Below, piece by piece: positions 37,672-47,305 of a DNA stretch of 60,066 nt (its first letter is position 1; each line of letters opens with the position of its first letter). Origin of the DNA: Verrucomicrobiota bacterium (GTDB lineage: Bacteria > Verrucomicrobiota > Kiritimatiellia > JAAZAB01); assembly GCA_018898455.1 (NCBI GenBank), contig JAHIJO010000166.1:1-60066 (forward strand), written 5' to 3'. The position numbers and the translations under genes were made by a program. The notes under the pieces were generated by a model. It was given only the letters and a program-made list of their open reading frames with translations. It did not search any database and was not told where the DNA came from.

Positions 37672-38247
37672 TTATTCTTCCGTCCACCGCAGGAACACGC
37701 TGCCCGCCAGGCCGCTCAAATCGGAATTGGACAAGTCCTGGAAATTGGAGCCGTTCACGATCCGGTAACTTCCCCCGATGCCAAGTTCCAGGCTGGAGGT
37801 CAGGTTGAGCATCACGTTGATTCCGGGATCGGCCACAAACAGATCGGCGCGATCCGAACTTCCCTGGAGGGGATTGACGTTAAGTTGGCCATAACCCAGA
37901 AAGCATTCCACCGAGCCGTGGACCAGGCTCGTATGAAACAGGGTCCAGTCCATGGATACCCCGGTGTCCCAGAAGTCAAAGGCCTTCAGGTTCTCGTACT
38001 GCTCGCCGGCATTCACGTTGTTGACCAGCGCGTAGCCGGCCAGGCCGAAATAGAGCGTATGCCCCAGTGCCGGGCCCAGTTGGAATCCCGGCATGGTGGC
38101 CCACTGCCCGCCGAACTGGGTCAGCTTGACTTCCGGCTTAACCCAGAAACTCCAGTCATCGTTATTAGCGATCAGAGCTTGCGTCGGCGCCGCCGAAACC
38201 GAAGCCGCCACCAGTATGATGCCTGCCAGCGTAAAAACAGATTTCAT
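37672..38247 (-). CDS. Secreted protein, probable small outer-membrane beta-barrel
   Basis: Signal peptide (AASVSA); alternating amphipathic strands with aromatic residues near the C-terminus. Confidence 0.65.
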   Translation of the reverse strand: MKSVFTLAGIILVAASVSAAPTQALIANNDDWSFWVKPEVKLTQFGGQWATMPGFQLGPALGHTLYFGLAGYALVNNVNAGEQYENLKAFDFWDTGVSMDWTLFHTSLVHGSVECFLGYGQLNVNPLQGSSDRADLFVADPGINVMLNLTSSLELGIGGSYRIVNGSNFQDLSNSDLSGLAGSVFLRWTEE

Positions 38248-38397
38248 GATGTTTGCCTCCAAAGGTGAATAGAATCGTGCATTGAGCTATAGTTCTTTGA
38301 TAGCATAATCCTCAATGAGGTTCCAGTTGAATATCAAATACAACAACGGATTAGAGTGACGGGAATGTACCGGAGGTTCGCCACGTTCGGGGGAGGA

Positions 38398-39429
38398 TTA
38401 TCCGACCGGCTCGATTCCGTTATCAGCGGCGATTTGTCGAAGCATCCGGAGCTTATCGCTGCTCAAGGGAATGCCGTGCACCCGGCAATCGGCCATGGCG
38501 GCGAATCCGCGTTCTCCCGGAAGCCGGATGGAGTCGCAACCGGGTCGAACGCGGGAACTTTTCACATGCTTGATAAAACGTTTCATTTCCTTGACATAAT
38601 AGGCGGTTCCGGCGAACGCGGCGGGGTCAAGAACCATCAGCGCCAATGACTGGCGGGAGAGGGCGTGGGGGTTGTTGGCACTGCCGCCGGCCAGGACCGT
38701 GAGGGCTTCAATGAAAAGGGACAAGGCGTAGAACTTATGCCCTTCAATCTCTCCGCCGCCGAACATCAGCGTTCCGCCGTGAGATAATACTGCCGGGTTT
38801 GGGCTGGGCTTGCCTGAACCATCAAGAAAACGGGCGGGAGATGTTTTCTTTCCTGCTTTTTCCAGCGCATGGGCCGCCGCCATGGACATCGTAGCGGTCG
38901 AGAAATCGGCCAGCATCGGATGGGGATCAGCCGGGAACGCCACGGCCATGGGATTGGTGCTGAACCGCGGATCAATCCCTCCATAGGGGGCGCAGTCCTT
39001 GCAGGTATTGGTTTGAGCCCATGCTTCAGCCATAAAACCTGCCCGGGCGAGGGGGATGAGATAGATGCCCAGCGCGCCCACCCAAGTCGTGTTCCGCACG
39101 GCGACGAATCCGATTCCATGCTGCCGGGCCTTGCGGGCGGCCAGATCCACGGCCGTTTTCATGGTGATCCCGCCCAGACAATGGTTCCCGTCGAGCAAGG
39201 CCATAGCGCCATGGTTCTTGACAACCTTGGGTTTGGCCTGGGGATCGACGTCCTTGCCGAGAGCATCGTGGATGACCTTGAATTGGATCAGTCCGTGGGT
39301 GGATTGACGAAAGGCCTCTGTTTCCACGATCACTTGGGCCAGGTAACGAGCCGTGGATTTCGGCATCCCGCGTTTTGTCATGAACGCAACGCCAAAATGG
39401 ATCAGGGCCTTCATCGAAATACATTTCAT
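38398..39429 (-). CDS. Ldh_2 (malate/L-lactate/ureidoglycolate) family dehydrogenase
   Basis: THG, LLDG, STNP, ADFST, GHK and IRLPGE motifs. Confidence 0.87.
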   Translation of the reverse strand: MKCISMKALIHFGVAFMTKRGMPKSTARYLAQVIVETEAFRQSTHGLIQFKVIHDALGKDVDPQAKPKVVKNHGAMALLDGNHCLGGITMKTAVDLAARKARQHGIGFVAVRNTTWVGALGIYLIPLARAGFMAEAWAQTNTCKDCAPYGGIDPRFSTNPMAVAFPADPHPMLADFSTATMSMAAAHALEKAGKKTSPARFLDGSGKPSPNPAVLSHGGTLMFGGGEIEGHKFYALSLFIEALTVLAGGSANNPHALSRQSLALMVLDPAAFAGTAYYVKEMKRFIKHVKSSRVRPGCDSIRLPGERGFAAMADCRVHGIPLSSDKLRMLRQIAADNGIEPVG

Positions 39430-39656
39430 AAGTTCCCCTTGGAATTCGACAGTTATCTATTTGTAACATCACGATGGGTTCGATCGACGTCCCCCGGCAT
39501 GCCGGACACAGCGCCAGTGTACCTGTATCATAGCCACCCTCAATATTATTCAAGCATTATTTGGAGCTTTCCACCGCCGCTGAATCCAAGGATGGCGCAG
39601 GAAAATATATGAAAACACTGGGGTCGGTGATATGATGCGAAACAAAAGGGATTTGT

Positions 39657-40559
39657 ATGGTGAAACTCACTGCCGGATTTTCCAAGCTCACGCTGGAACA
39701 GCGCTTTGCGCGCGAGTTACCGGTGATCGATTCCATGGGTCGTTTGATTTTTGATCCCATTTTTGCGCAGGCATCCCACATGACGCCCCGTTGTGAGATG
39801 TTTCATATCATCAAGGGCCGGGTCAAACTGGTTCTCGGTGGGAAAAGCGTCGAAGCCGCGGCCGGCGATACCTTGCTGATTCCGACGGAGTGCATGCACC
39901 GCGACGAGTTTGAGTTGGAACGGGGACTCGAAGTTTTCATGGTGTTTTTTTCATGGAAGGCGGAAAAGGATTATTTTTCCCTGGTAACTAACGCCCTCCT
40001 GCAGCGTATCCCGCCGGCCGTTAAAGTGGAGGTTGGACGGATGTTCGACCGCCTGTGCATGGACCGTTCCGGCGACGATGAAACGCACCGCTTGCTGGTG
40101 CGGTCGCGGGTGCTGACCATCCTGCTGTTCCTGCTGCAGGAATGTATCCGGGTGCGGCAACGGCGCCGGAAACATCCGCGCCAGTTATCCGGCGTTCAGC
40201 GGCGGCAATCCCTCATGCTCCGGGCAAAATCGTTCCTGGAAGTCCATTTTCATGAACCCCTGACGTTGAATGCCATTGCCCAGTCGCTGAAAGTCAGTCC
40301 GTTTTATCTCTCGCGCGTGTTCAGCAAGGAAAGCGATTTTTCGCTGTTTGCCTACCTGACGGCGCTCCGCATGAACCGCGCCAAGGAACTCCTGGCACAG
40401 GGTGTCTTGAATGTGAACGAAGTGGCGGATGCCGTGGGTTACGACAACAGCCGTTATTTTGCCAAGATCTTTCGCCAGCACTTCGGGCATGCGCCCATCA
40501 GCACGGTATACAGGGAGCTGGATCCTTTTACCCGTCGCGCAAAGGAATATCCAAAATAG
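39657..40559 (+). CDS. AraC family regulator
   Basis: N-terminal cupin; LSRVF..RMNRAKELL..VGYDNSRYFAKIFRQHFG. Confidence 0.92.
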   Translation: MVKLTAGFSKLTLEQRFARELPVIDSMGRLIFDPIFAQASHMTPRCEMFHIIKGRVKLVLGGKSVEAAAGDTLLIPTECMHRDEFELERGLEVFMVFFSWKAEKDYFSLVTNALLQRIPPAVKVEVGRMFDRLCMDRSGDDETHRLLVRSRVLTILLFLLQECIRVRQRRRKHPRQLSGVQRRQSLMLRAKSFLEVHFHEPLTLNAIAQSLKVSPFYLSRVFSKESDFSLFAYLTALRMNRAKELLAQGVLNVNEVADAVGYDNSRYFAKIFRQHFGHAPISTVYRELDPFTRRAKEYPK

Positions 40560-40617
40560 CAATCCTGTTCACTTGAGCTTTCCGGTTGCCTGCGCCATCA
40601 TGATGGCAGGTTAAATA

Positions 40618-41922
40618 ATGAAAGCCGGATTTTCAAGAATTGAGATTACACCCGCCAGCCCGGTTCGGATGGATGGGATGATCAGGGACCATCAATCCAC
40701 CGGTGTGCATGACCCGATATTTGCCAAGGCCCTTGTGCTTTCCGGCGGGCCGCAGCCCGTTGATGGATTCGCGATTTGCTCGCTTGATGTTTGTGGATTG
40801 GCAGCCGCGGATTGCCGGGAGATAAGGGTTGCGGTGGAAAAGCAAACCGGCATTCCTTGCGACCGGGTCATCATAGCGGCAACCCATACTCATTCCGGGC
40901 CGGCGACGGTCGGTATTTTCGGCAACCGCGAAGACGCCTATGTGCGCGAATTGATTGAAAAAACAGTGGCAGTGGTTTGCAAAGCGGCAACGGTTCTTGT
41001 ACCGGCGGCGGTGGGGTGCGCCTCGGGGCGTGAGGAAACAATCAGCCATTACCGGCGTCTACTGGCGGATGACGGCCACGTAGTGATGAACTGGGATCCC
41101 TGGCCGGCGGAGCGCCTTGTTGGACCGTTGGGCGTCAATGATCCGGAAGTGGGAGTAATGAAAATTGTTTCCGACGATGCTGTGGCTAAACCATTGGGAT
41201 TTCTTTTCAATCACGCGGGGCATCCAAACGTGATGTCGGGCGATAATTACCTGATCACGCCGGATTATCCCGGCCGGGCCGAAAACCTGGTGGAACGGGA
41301 GCTGGGCGGCACGGCTGTTTTTGTCAACGGCGCGCAGGGGACTATGGATATTGACGGTATGAATGACCGGGATTGGTCGGGGGTGGAGCGCGCAGGCAGT
41401 GCGCTCGCGGATGCCGTGATCGATACTGCCCGGAATATTGTTCCCAGTTCTGGCGCCCGTCAGCGTTCCGGTTCCCGCTGTTATTCTATTCCGGCCCGGA
41501 AAATTTCAGATGCTGAAAAAGAGTGGGCAGATTCGGTTCTCAAGCAAACCGGCGGCGCCTTAAAACCGGTTGCCGACGGAGTGGGGGATGATTACAAGGC
41601 GAAGCTGTTTCTGCGCCTGTGGAATAACCGGCGCCAGGACATTCCCCTTGAACAGATTTGCCTGGCGGTTGATAATTATGCGTTCCTTAGTTTTCCTGGT
41701 GAACTGTTCACCGAAATAGGCATGCGGATCAAGTCGGAAAGTCCATTCCGGCGCACCTATATCTTGGGATTGGCTAATGGGTACGTCGGATATGTGCCGA
41801 CCCGTAAGGCAATCCGGGAGGGCGGCTATGAATCAGAAACGAGAGAACTGGATGACAGCGCGGAGGAAGTTGTCGTGGAACAAAGCTTGGCGCTATTGCG
41901 TAGCGTCCGTGGTTTATCGTGA
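40618..41922 (+). CDS. Neutral/alkaline ceramidase-like amidohydrolase
   Basis: VHDP, ATHTHSGP, NHAGHP, DYPG, PGELF and NGYVGYVPT motifs. Confidence 0.82.
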   Translation: MKAGFSRIEITPASPVRMDGMIRDHQSTGVHDPIFAKALVLSGGPQPVDGFAICSLDVCGLAAADCREIRVAVEKQTGIPCDRVIIAATHTHSGPATVGIFGNREDAYVRELIEKTVAVVCKAATVLVPAAVGCASGREETISHYRRLLADDGHVVMNWDPWPAERLVGPLGVNDPEVGVMKIVSDDAVAKPLGFLFNHAGHPNVMSGDNYLITPDYPGRAENLVERELGGTAVFVNGAQGTMDIDGMNDRDWSGVERAGSALADAVIDTARNIVPSSGARQRSGSRCYSIPARKISDAEKEWADSVLKQTGGALKPVADGVGDDYKAKLFLRLWNNRRQDIPLEQICLAVDNYAFLSFPGELFTEIGMRIKSESPFRRTYILGLANGYVGYVPTRKAIREGGYESETRELDDSAEEVVVEQSLALLRSVRGLS

Positions 41923-41958
41923 ATCGAAAGTCCAAAATCTAAAATATGGAGGCGCACC

Positions 41959-43287
41959 GTGACCAAGTTGGCGATTGCGGGGGGGGAGCCGGAGTTGAGC
42001 CGGAGCGAATATAAAAACTGGCCGGTGATAACGGCTGATGATCGGCGCTTTGTGAATGAAGTGCTGGACACGGGGATCGTGTGCGGGGCCACGGCGCCGC
42101 AGTGTAAGAAGCTCGAGGAGGAATGGGCGCACTCCGTGGGCGCCAAGTACTGTCTGACCACCTGCAGCGGCACGGCCGCCCTCCATATGGCCCTGGCCGC
42201 CGCAGGCGTCGGGCCCGGCGACGAAGTCATCACCTCGGCGTTTACGTTCCTGGCTTCCGGGTCCTGCGCCTTGCATCAGAACGCCATCCCTGTTTTCGTG
42301 GATATCGATCCGAAGACCTACAACATCGACCCTAATAAGCTGGAAGCAGCCATCACGGAACGCACGAAGGTCATCATTCCCGTTCATATCCAGGGATTGC
42401 CGGCGGACATGGATCCCATTCTGAAGATTGCCCGGAAACACAAGCTCTTTGTGCTGGAAGACGCTGCCCAGGCGCATGGCGCCACCTACAAGGGCCGGAA
42501 TGTCGGCACTTTCGGCGACGCGGCAGAGTTCAGCCTGAATGCATTGAAGAACCTGTGTGGCGGGGAAGGCGGCCTGCTGGTGACCAACGATGAACATATC
42601 CTGAAAAAAGCGTCATTGGTCCGCTGTTTCGGCGATGAGATTGATGAAGTCAGCCATCGCAGAAAATACAACGCATCGATCTTGGGCTATATGTATCGCA
42701 ATCAGGAACTGCCGGCGGCGCTGGCGCGTGGCCAGTTGATGCACTTGGATTACAATAATAATATCCGTATCGCCAATGCGAACTGCCTGACCCGGGAACT
42801 GGGCAAGATCCCGGGCGTCATTCCGCCTTATTGTCCGCCGGACAGTAAGCACGTGTATTTCATGTACAATGTCCGTTTTGATTCGAAGGCCGCGGGCGTC
42901 GAGTGCGAGCCCCGTCGATTCCGCATTGCCGTGGAAAAGGCGCTTTACAAGGAAGGCCTGCAGGTCGGCCAGTGGCAGACCATGCCGGTGCCGACGCAGG
43001 ATTTGTTCCAGAGCAAGCTGGGTTACGGCGCCACCGGCTATCCCTGGTCCGTCAACGAGGCGAAGGGTATCAAATATAATTACAACGTCTGTCAGTATCC
43101 GGTGGCCCAGATGCTGTGCGATACCTACACGGTGGTGCACGGCATCCATCCGCCGAACGGGTGCGCGCTGATGAAAAGAATTGTCGGCGCGTTTCGTAAA
43201 GTGTTTCAAAATCTTGACCAGGCGCTGGCCCACGCAGATGATCCGGTCTTTCCCGGAATGGACAGCAATCTTTATGGGGTCGCATGA
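41959..43287 (+). CDS. DegT/DnrJ/EryC1/StrS aminotransferase
   Basis: SGTAALH, GPGDEV, PVH, EDAAQAHGA and SLNALKNL..GEGG motifs. Confidence 0.92.
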   Translation: MTKLAIAGGEPELSRSEYKNWPVITADDRRFVNEVLDTGIVCGATAPQCKKLEEEWAHSVGAKYCLTTCSGTAALHMALAAAGVGPGDEVITSAFTFLASGSCALHQNAIPVFVDIDPKTYNIDPNKLEAAITERTKVIIPVHIQGLPADMDPILKIARKHKLFVLEDAAQAHGATYKGRNVGTFGDAAEFSLNALKNLCGGEGGLLVTNDEHILKKASLVRCFGDEIDEVSHRRKYNASILGYMYRNQELPAALARGQLMHLDYNNNIRIANANCLTRELGKIPGVIPPYCPPDSKHVYFMYNVRFDSKAAGVECEPRRFRIAVEKALYKEGLQVGQWQTMPVPTQDLFQSKLGYGATGYPWSVNEAKGIKYNYNVCQYPVAQMLCDTYTVVHGIHPPNGCALMKRIVGAFRKVFQNLDQALAHADDPVFPGMDSNLYGVA

Positions 43288-43405
43288 TTGACCGTCGGGG
43301 AGTAAATCTGGATTTCACGTCTTCACCAAAAAAAGCATATTGTCGGCAATCGTAATTTACCCAAGGGCAATAAATATTTGCTTTTCAAGAAAGGTTGATA
43401 AAAAC

Positions 43406-44809
43406 ATGAAGACATATGCTTTTTCGCGGCGTGAACTCTATGCCCCAGGACATTTTGGGAACTGGTATGAAGTCGCCGGCCGATTTGAAATGAGGGATAT
43501 GCTGGCCGAAGCCAAGTGGTGGGGATTCAATTGCTATAGCGATTGGTTTGATACGGTCAACTTGACGAAGGAATCCCGTTTATCTTCGGTGGTCTCGAAG
43601 TGCTGGCTGACCAAGGCGTTCTGGGAAAACAAGAAGGCTCATTTTGAAGAAGCGCAAAAACTCGGATTGAAACTGGATTTGCTGATCACGCCGAATCACG
43701 TCTATACCGACCAGGTGACCCAAGAACTCCTTGCCAGGCAGAAACCCGGCGAACCCGACCGACTCTTCGGCCATTTGCTGTGTCCCTCAAAGCTGAAGGC
43801 TCGGAAGATTATCCTGGGCAACTATGACGACTTATTCAAGGACTTGGCAAAGAGCAAGATCAACCTGGATTCCGTTACCTTTGCTGCGTATGATTTCGGC
43901 GGGTGTGCGTGCGGTAAATGCGATCCCTGGATTGTTACCTTTGCCAAATTATCCAAAGAGATCCACGACATAGCGTTGAAATACTATCCGCACGTCCAGC
44001 TGCGATTTTGCGGATGGTGGTGGAGTCCGGAAGATCATAACCTTTTTGCGGATTGGGCGGACAAGAACATCCCAGGCACTATCAAAGGAATCGCTCTCTG
44101 GATCAAGTATAACGACGACAAGCCGGCCAACGTGCCGCAGGCCAGGCTTCCCAGAGGATGCAAACAGGACTACTTTTTCCATATCGGGTTCTCTGATGAT
44201 AGAAGCGCGAATGACACCTATGGCCGATGGGGTCCCATGGTCGCCCCGAACCGGATTCCCAGGACACTGGAAACGCTGAACAATATCCGCGGCGAAGGAT
44301 TCTCGGCTTACTCTGAGGGAATATCCGACGATGTCAACAAGGCGCTTTTGGCCGGTTTGAGCAGCGGTAAGTTTTCAACCGCTCAGGAAGTGCTTGAAGC
44401 GTATGCGGAGAGATATTTCAACGCGAAAGGCAAGTTCAAACGAGAATGGGCTAATTGGATTTATCAATGGGCAGAACCCCGCACGGTGAATCTCAAGAAG
44501 GCAAGGCTGGTTTTTGACCGCTTGGCTTCAAAGGCTCCCGATACGTGGAGGCTGGATCATTTTGCATCCAAGATGAGGTTATTCGAGCTGAATAAGCAAC
44601 TTGACAGGAAGGGGGCCTGGACTGCCCCGCGCCTGGCCATGGCTGAGGCATTTCTAAGAGAGCGGGAAAATCTACGCAGAAAAATTTACGGACTGTCCTT
44701 GCTGGATGAGCCGGTGTTTGGCGCCATTGTTGGGCAATCCCGCTGGTATCAGGAACTGATGGCATCCGCGGCTCTTTCTAAAAAGTCCCGCCATTCTGCT
44801 GAGGCGTAA
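43406..44809 (+). CDS. Hypothetical protein (possible glycoside-hydrolase-like TIM barrel)
   Basis: Long in-operon ORF, Trp-rich, with DFGGCACGKC and YSEG..DDVN; fold is a guess. Confidence 0.6.
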   Translation: MKTYAFSRRELYAPGHFGNWYEVAGRFEMRDMLAEAKWWGFNCYSDWFDTVNLTKESRLSSVVSKCWLTKAFWENKKAHFEEAQKLGLKLDLLITPNHVYTDQVTQELLARQKPGEPDRLFGHLLCPSKLKARKIILGNYDDLFKDLAKSKINLDSVTFAAYDFGGCACGKCDPWIVTFAKLSKEIHDIALKYYPHVQLRFCGWWWSPEDHNLFADWADKNIPGTIKGIALWIKYNDDKPANVPQARLPRGCKQDYFFHIGFSDDRSANDTYGRWGPMVAPNRIPRTLETLNNIRGEGFSAYSEGISDDVNKALLAGLSSGKFSTAQEVLEAYAERYFNAKGKFKREWANWIYQWAEPRTVNLKKARLVFDRLASKAPDTWRLDHFASKMRLFELNKQLDRKGAWTAPRLAMAEAFLRERENLRRKIYGLSLLDEPVFGAIVGQSRWYQELMASAALSKKSRHSAEA

Positions 44810-44849
44810 GAAAATGAAAAGAAAACATCCCGCCTTGCCAGGATAAAAT

Positions 44850-45884
44850 ATGATCAGTAGAGCTTTGTTCGGTAAAAAATATTTGAAGATTGAAGAACGC
44901 CGGCTTGAAATCAGAATCTCGGATGAAAACCATGTAATCGTCAAGATTCACGCCTGCGGAGTCTGCGGAACCGATATCAACTACGTGCGCGACTGGCTGG
45001 ATGATCCCATGCCGCTGGGGCATGAAGTGGCGGCTGAGGTCGTGGAAACCGGAAGTAATGTAACAACTGTGAAACCGGGCGACCGTGTAATTGTGGAAGA
45101 CTGTTCCATGTGCGGAGTCTGCGAAGCCTGCAAAAGCGGGCATCCTGAATTCTGCCGCAATATGTTCACCATGGACGGCCAGCCGGGCATGGGCGAGTAT
45201 ATGTCGGTGCGCTATAACTCGCTGAATAAATTCAACGGTTTGGATTTCACTTCCGCCTGCCTGACCGAACCCCTGGCGGTTTCATTGACTTCGGTCCTCC
45301 AAGCGGAAATTCCGTTGGGTGGCAGTGTGGCTGTTCTGGGTAACGGTCCGCTGGGGCTTATGGCGGCGTGCTTGGCAAAACTGCGCGGCGCCGGATTTGT
45401 GGCTATAACGGGACTGGGCGACGGCAAGCCGATCAGCCGGGCGCGGTTTGACGCGGCTGAAGCATTGGGATGCGATTTGATCATCCAGGCTGGAAAGCAG
45501 AGCGTTGAAGATGAAATCAAAAAGAAATTTACCAATGGCGTGGACCGGGTGATTGTCAGTTCGCCGCCCCAGAGTTTGAGTGATGCCCTGAAAATTATCC
45601 GGTTTGGCGGCATCATTGTCTTTTTCGGCCTGCATTTCGGCGGGAAAAACAAGATTGAGGTGGACGTCAACGACCTGGTTTTCAGGAAAATCACCCTGCG
45701 TCCAACGTTTGCCGAGCCGGCCATCAACTTCCCGATCTCCAACCGTCTGCTTAAAGACGGGTTGGTCGATGCCGGGAAACTGATTACGCACACCTTTGGG
45801 TTTGACCAGGTCAAAACGGTCATGGGGGCGATCGTCGAGGGCAACCAGCCCATCGTCAAGGCCGTCATGCTTCCCTATGGATAA
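44850..45884 (+). CDS. Zn-dependent MDR dehydrogenase
   Basis: CGVCGTD, GHE, CGVCEAC...C, EPL and GNGPLG motifs. Confidence 0.92.
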   Translation: MISRALFGKKYLKIEERRLEIRISDENHVIVKIHACGVCGTDINYVRDWLDDPMPLGHEVAAEVVETGSNVTTVKPGDRVIVEDCSMCGVCEACKSGHPEFCRNMFTMDGQPGMGEYMSVRYNSLNKFNGLDFTSACLTEPLAVSLTSVLQAEIPLGGSVAVLGNGPLGLMAACLAKLRGAGFVAITGLGDGKPISRARFDAAEALGCDLIIQAGKQSVEDEIKKKFTNGVDRVIVSSPPQSLSDALKIIRFGGIIVFFGLHFGGKNKIEVDVNDLVFRKITLRPTFAEPAINFPISNRLLKDGLVDAGKLITHTFGFDQVKTVMGAIVEGNQPIVKAVMLPYG

Positions 45885-45916
45885 GAACGAGGCGCACGTC
45901 CGGTTGAAGGGAGCGC

Positions 45917-47302
45917 CTATTTTGACGGCGGATTCTGGGGGATCGGTTCCAGAGACTGGATTTCAGAGGCCTTGAAGGTCTTGAAAATCCCCGGCTCGAT
46001 TTCAAACTTGATATCACCGTTGTCGTATTTCTCCCGCACGATGCCCTGGAAGGTGTGTTCGGCGCCGGACCCGGTCCGGACGATGACCGTGGGAATGAAG
46101 GTCACAGGTCGGGCCATAAGTTTTTCGTGCAGGATGACGGTCTGGTTGAATGCGACCTCCACATTGGCGGTTAAATCATAATATCCCTGTTTTGTCATCT
46201 GAAGCTTCCGGGGCCCCTGGGGCACCCGCTCAATGGTCAGCTGTTCGGAAATCGGTTCCTGCCCATGCGGCGGGGTGATTCCCCGGTTCTCGCCATCCAG
46301 GTAGACGGTGACCCCCGGCGGCTCGGTGGACAGCAGGAGCGTGCCGCTGGTCTTGGCCAACCGGAATTCAACGACGGACTCCTCGCCGGCGGTGACCACA
46401 TTGGTGCGGACCTGGGTGGCGTAGCCAGGCAGTTCGACGCGCAAGACGTATGTCTTCGCAGGAATGGCGTTGGTCGTGAAGGGCGTTTCCGTCTTATATT
46501 GGTCGTTGAGATAGAGACGTGCCTTGGGTGGAATCGAGATGACGGTGAGTTTGCCCGGGAGGGCCTTCAAAGTTACGGACACAGTGCGTTCCTCGCCCGA
46601 TTGGGTGGTCAGTTCGTCCTGGTATGCTGTATGGCCTTTCAAAGTTATTTCAACGCGATGCCTGCCCGCCGAGAGCCGGGATGCTTCGCAGGGTGTGTTG
46701 CCGATAACAGTGTTGTTGATCGTCACTTGGGCGCCAGCCGGCTTGGATTCAAAGATGAGCCAGGCGGAATCCGACTGCAGGTTGACATTTACCTGCTGGG
46801 GTGTTCGGTCCGTCACCGTCACCTCCACGGTTTTCGGAATGTGATCTATGGCGCTGAGTTTGACCCGATGCTGGCCCAGCGGAAAATCCGGAACCAACAG
46901 CGGCGTTTTGCCGTAATGGGCGTCGTCAATTTCAACGTCGGCTCCCAGGGGCTTGGAATAAATCAAAACCAGTCCGCGGAGCGGCTCCAGCTTCAGGTTA
47001 ACCGTGAGACGCTCTCCGGGCTGGACGGTGGCCGTCATGCGGGCTTCTGCATACCCGGGTTTGCGGGCGATAATAAGATGTTCCCCTGCCGTCAGTCCCA
47101 TTACTGTCATGGGCGATGGATTGGGCGCCGCGCGGTCGTCACAGATAATCGAGGCTCCGGCCGGGTCCGTGCTGATATAAAGCTGACAGCCAGGAGCGGA
47201 TACCGTGCGGCCCGGTTCGCAGGCAGGAAGCGCACTGAGTCCGGCCAGGAGAACCAAAGCCCGCATCCAATATTGCCAAGAATGCATCATTTGTCGGCCC
47301 AT
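45917..47302 (-). CDS. PEGA-repeat protein, probable lipoprotein
   Basis: About five SxPxGAxVxxD..GxTP repeats; hydrophobic leader ending LPAC. Confidence 0.82.
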   Translation of the reverse strand: MGRQMMHSWQYWMRALVLLAGLSALPACEPGRTVSAPGCQLYISTDPAGASIICDDRAAPNPSPMTVMGLTAGEHLIIARKPGYAEARMTATVQPGERLTVNLKLEPLRGLVLIYSKPLGADVEIDDAHYGKTPLLVPDFPLGQHRVKLSAIDHIPKTVEVTVTDRTPQQVNVNLQSDSAWLIFESKPAGAQVTINNTVIGNTPCEASRLSAGRHRVEITLKGHTAYQDELTTQSGEERTVSVTLKALPGKLTVISIPPKARLYLNDQYKTETPFTTNAIPAKTYVLRVELPGYATQVRTNVVTAGEESVVEFRLAKTSGTLLLSTEPPGVTVYLDGENRGITPPHGQEPISEQLTIERVPQGPRKLQMTKQGYYDLTANVEVAFNQTVILHEKLMARPVTFIPTVIVRTGSGAEHTFQGIVREKYDNGDIKFEIEPGIFKTFKASEIQSLEPIPQNPPSK

Positions 47303-47305
47303 TGA

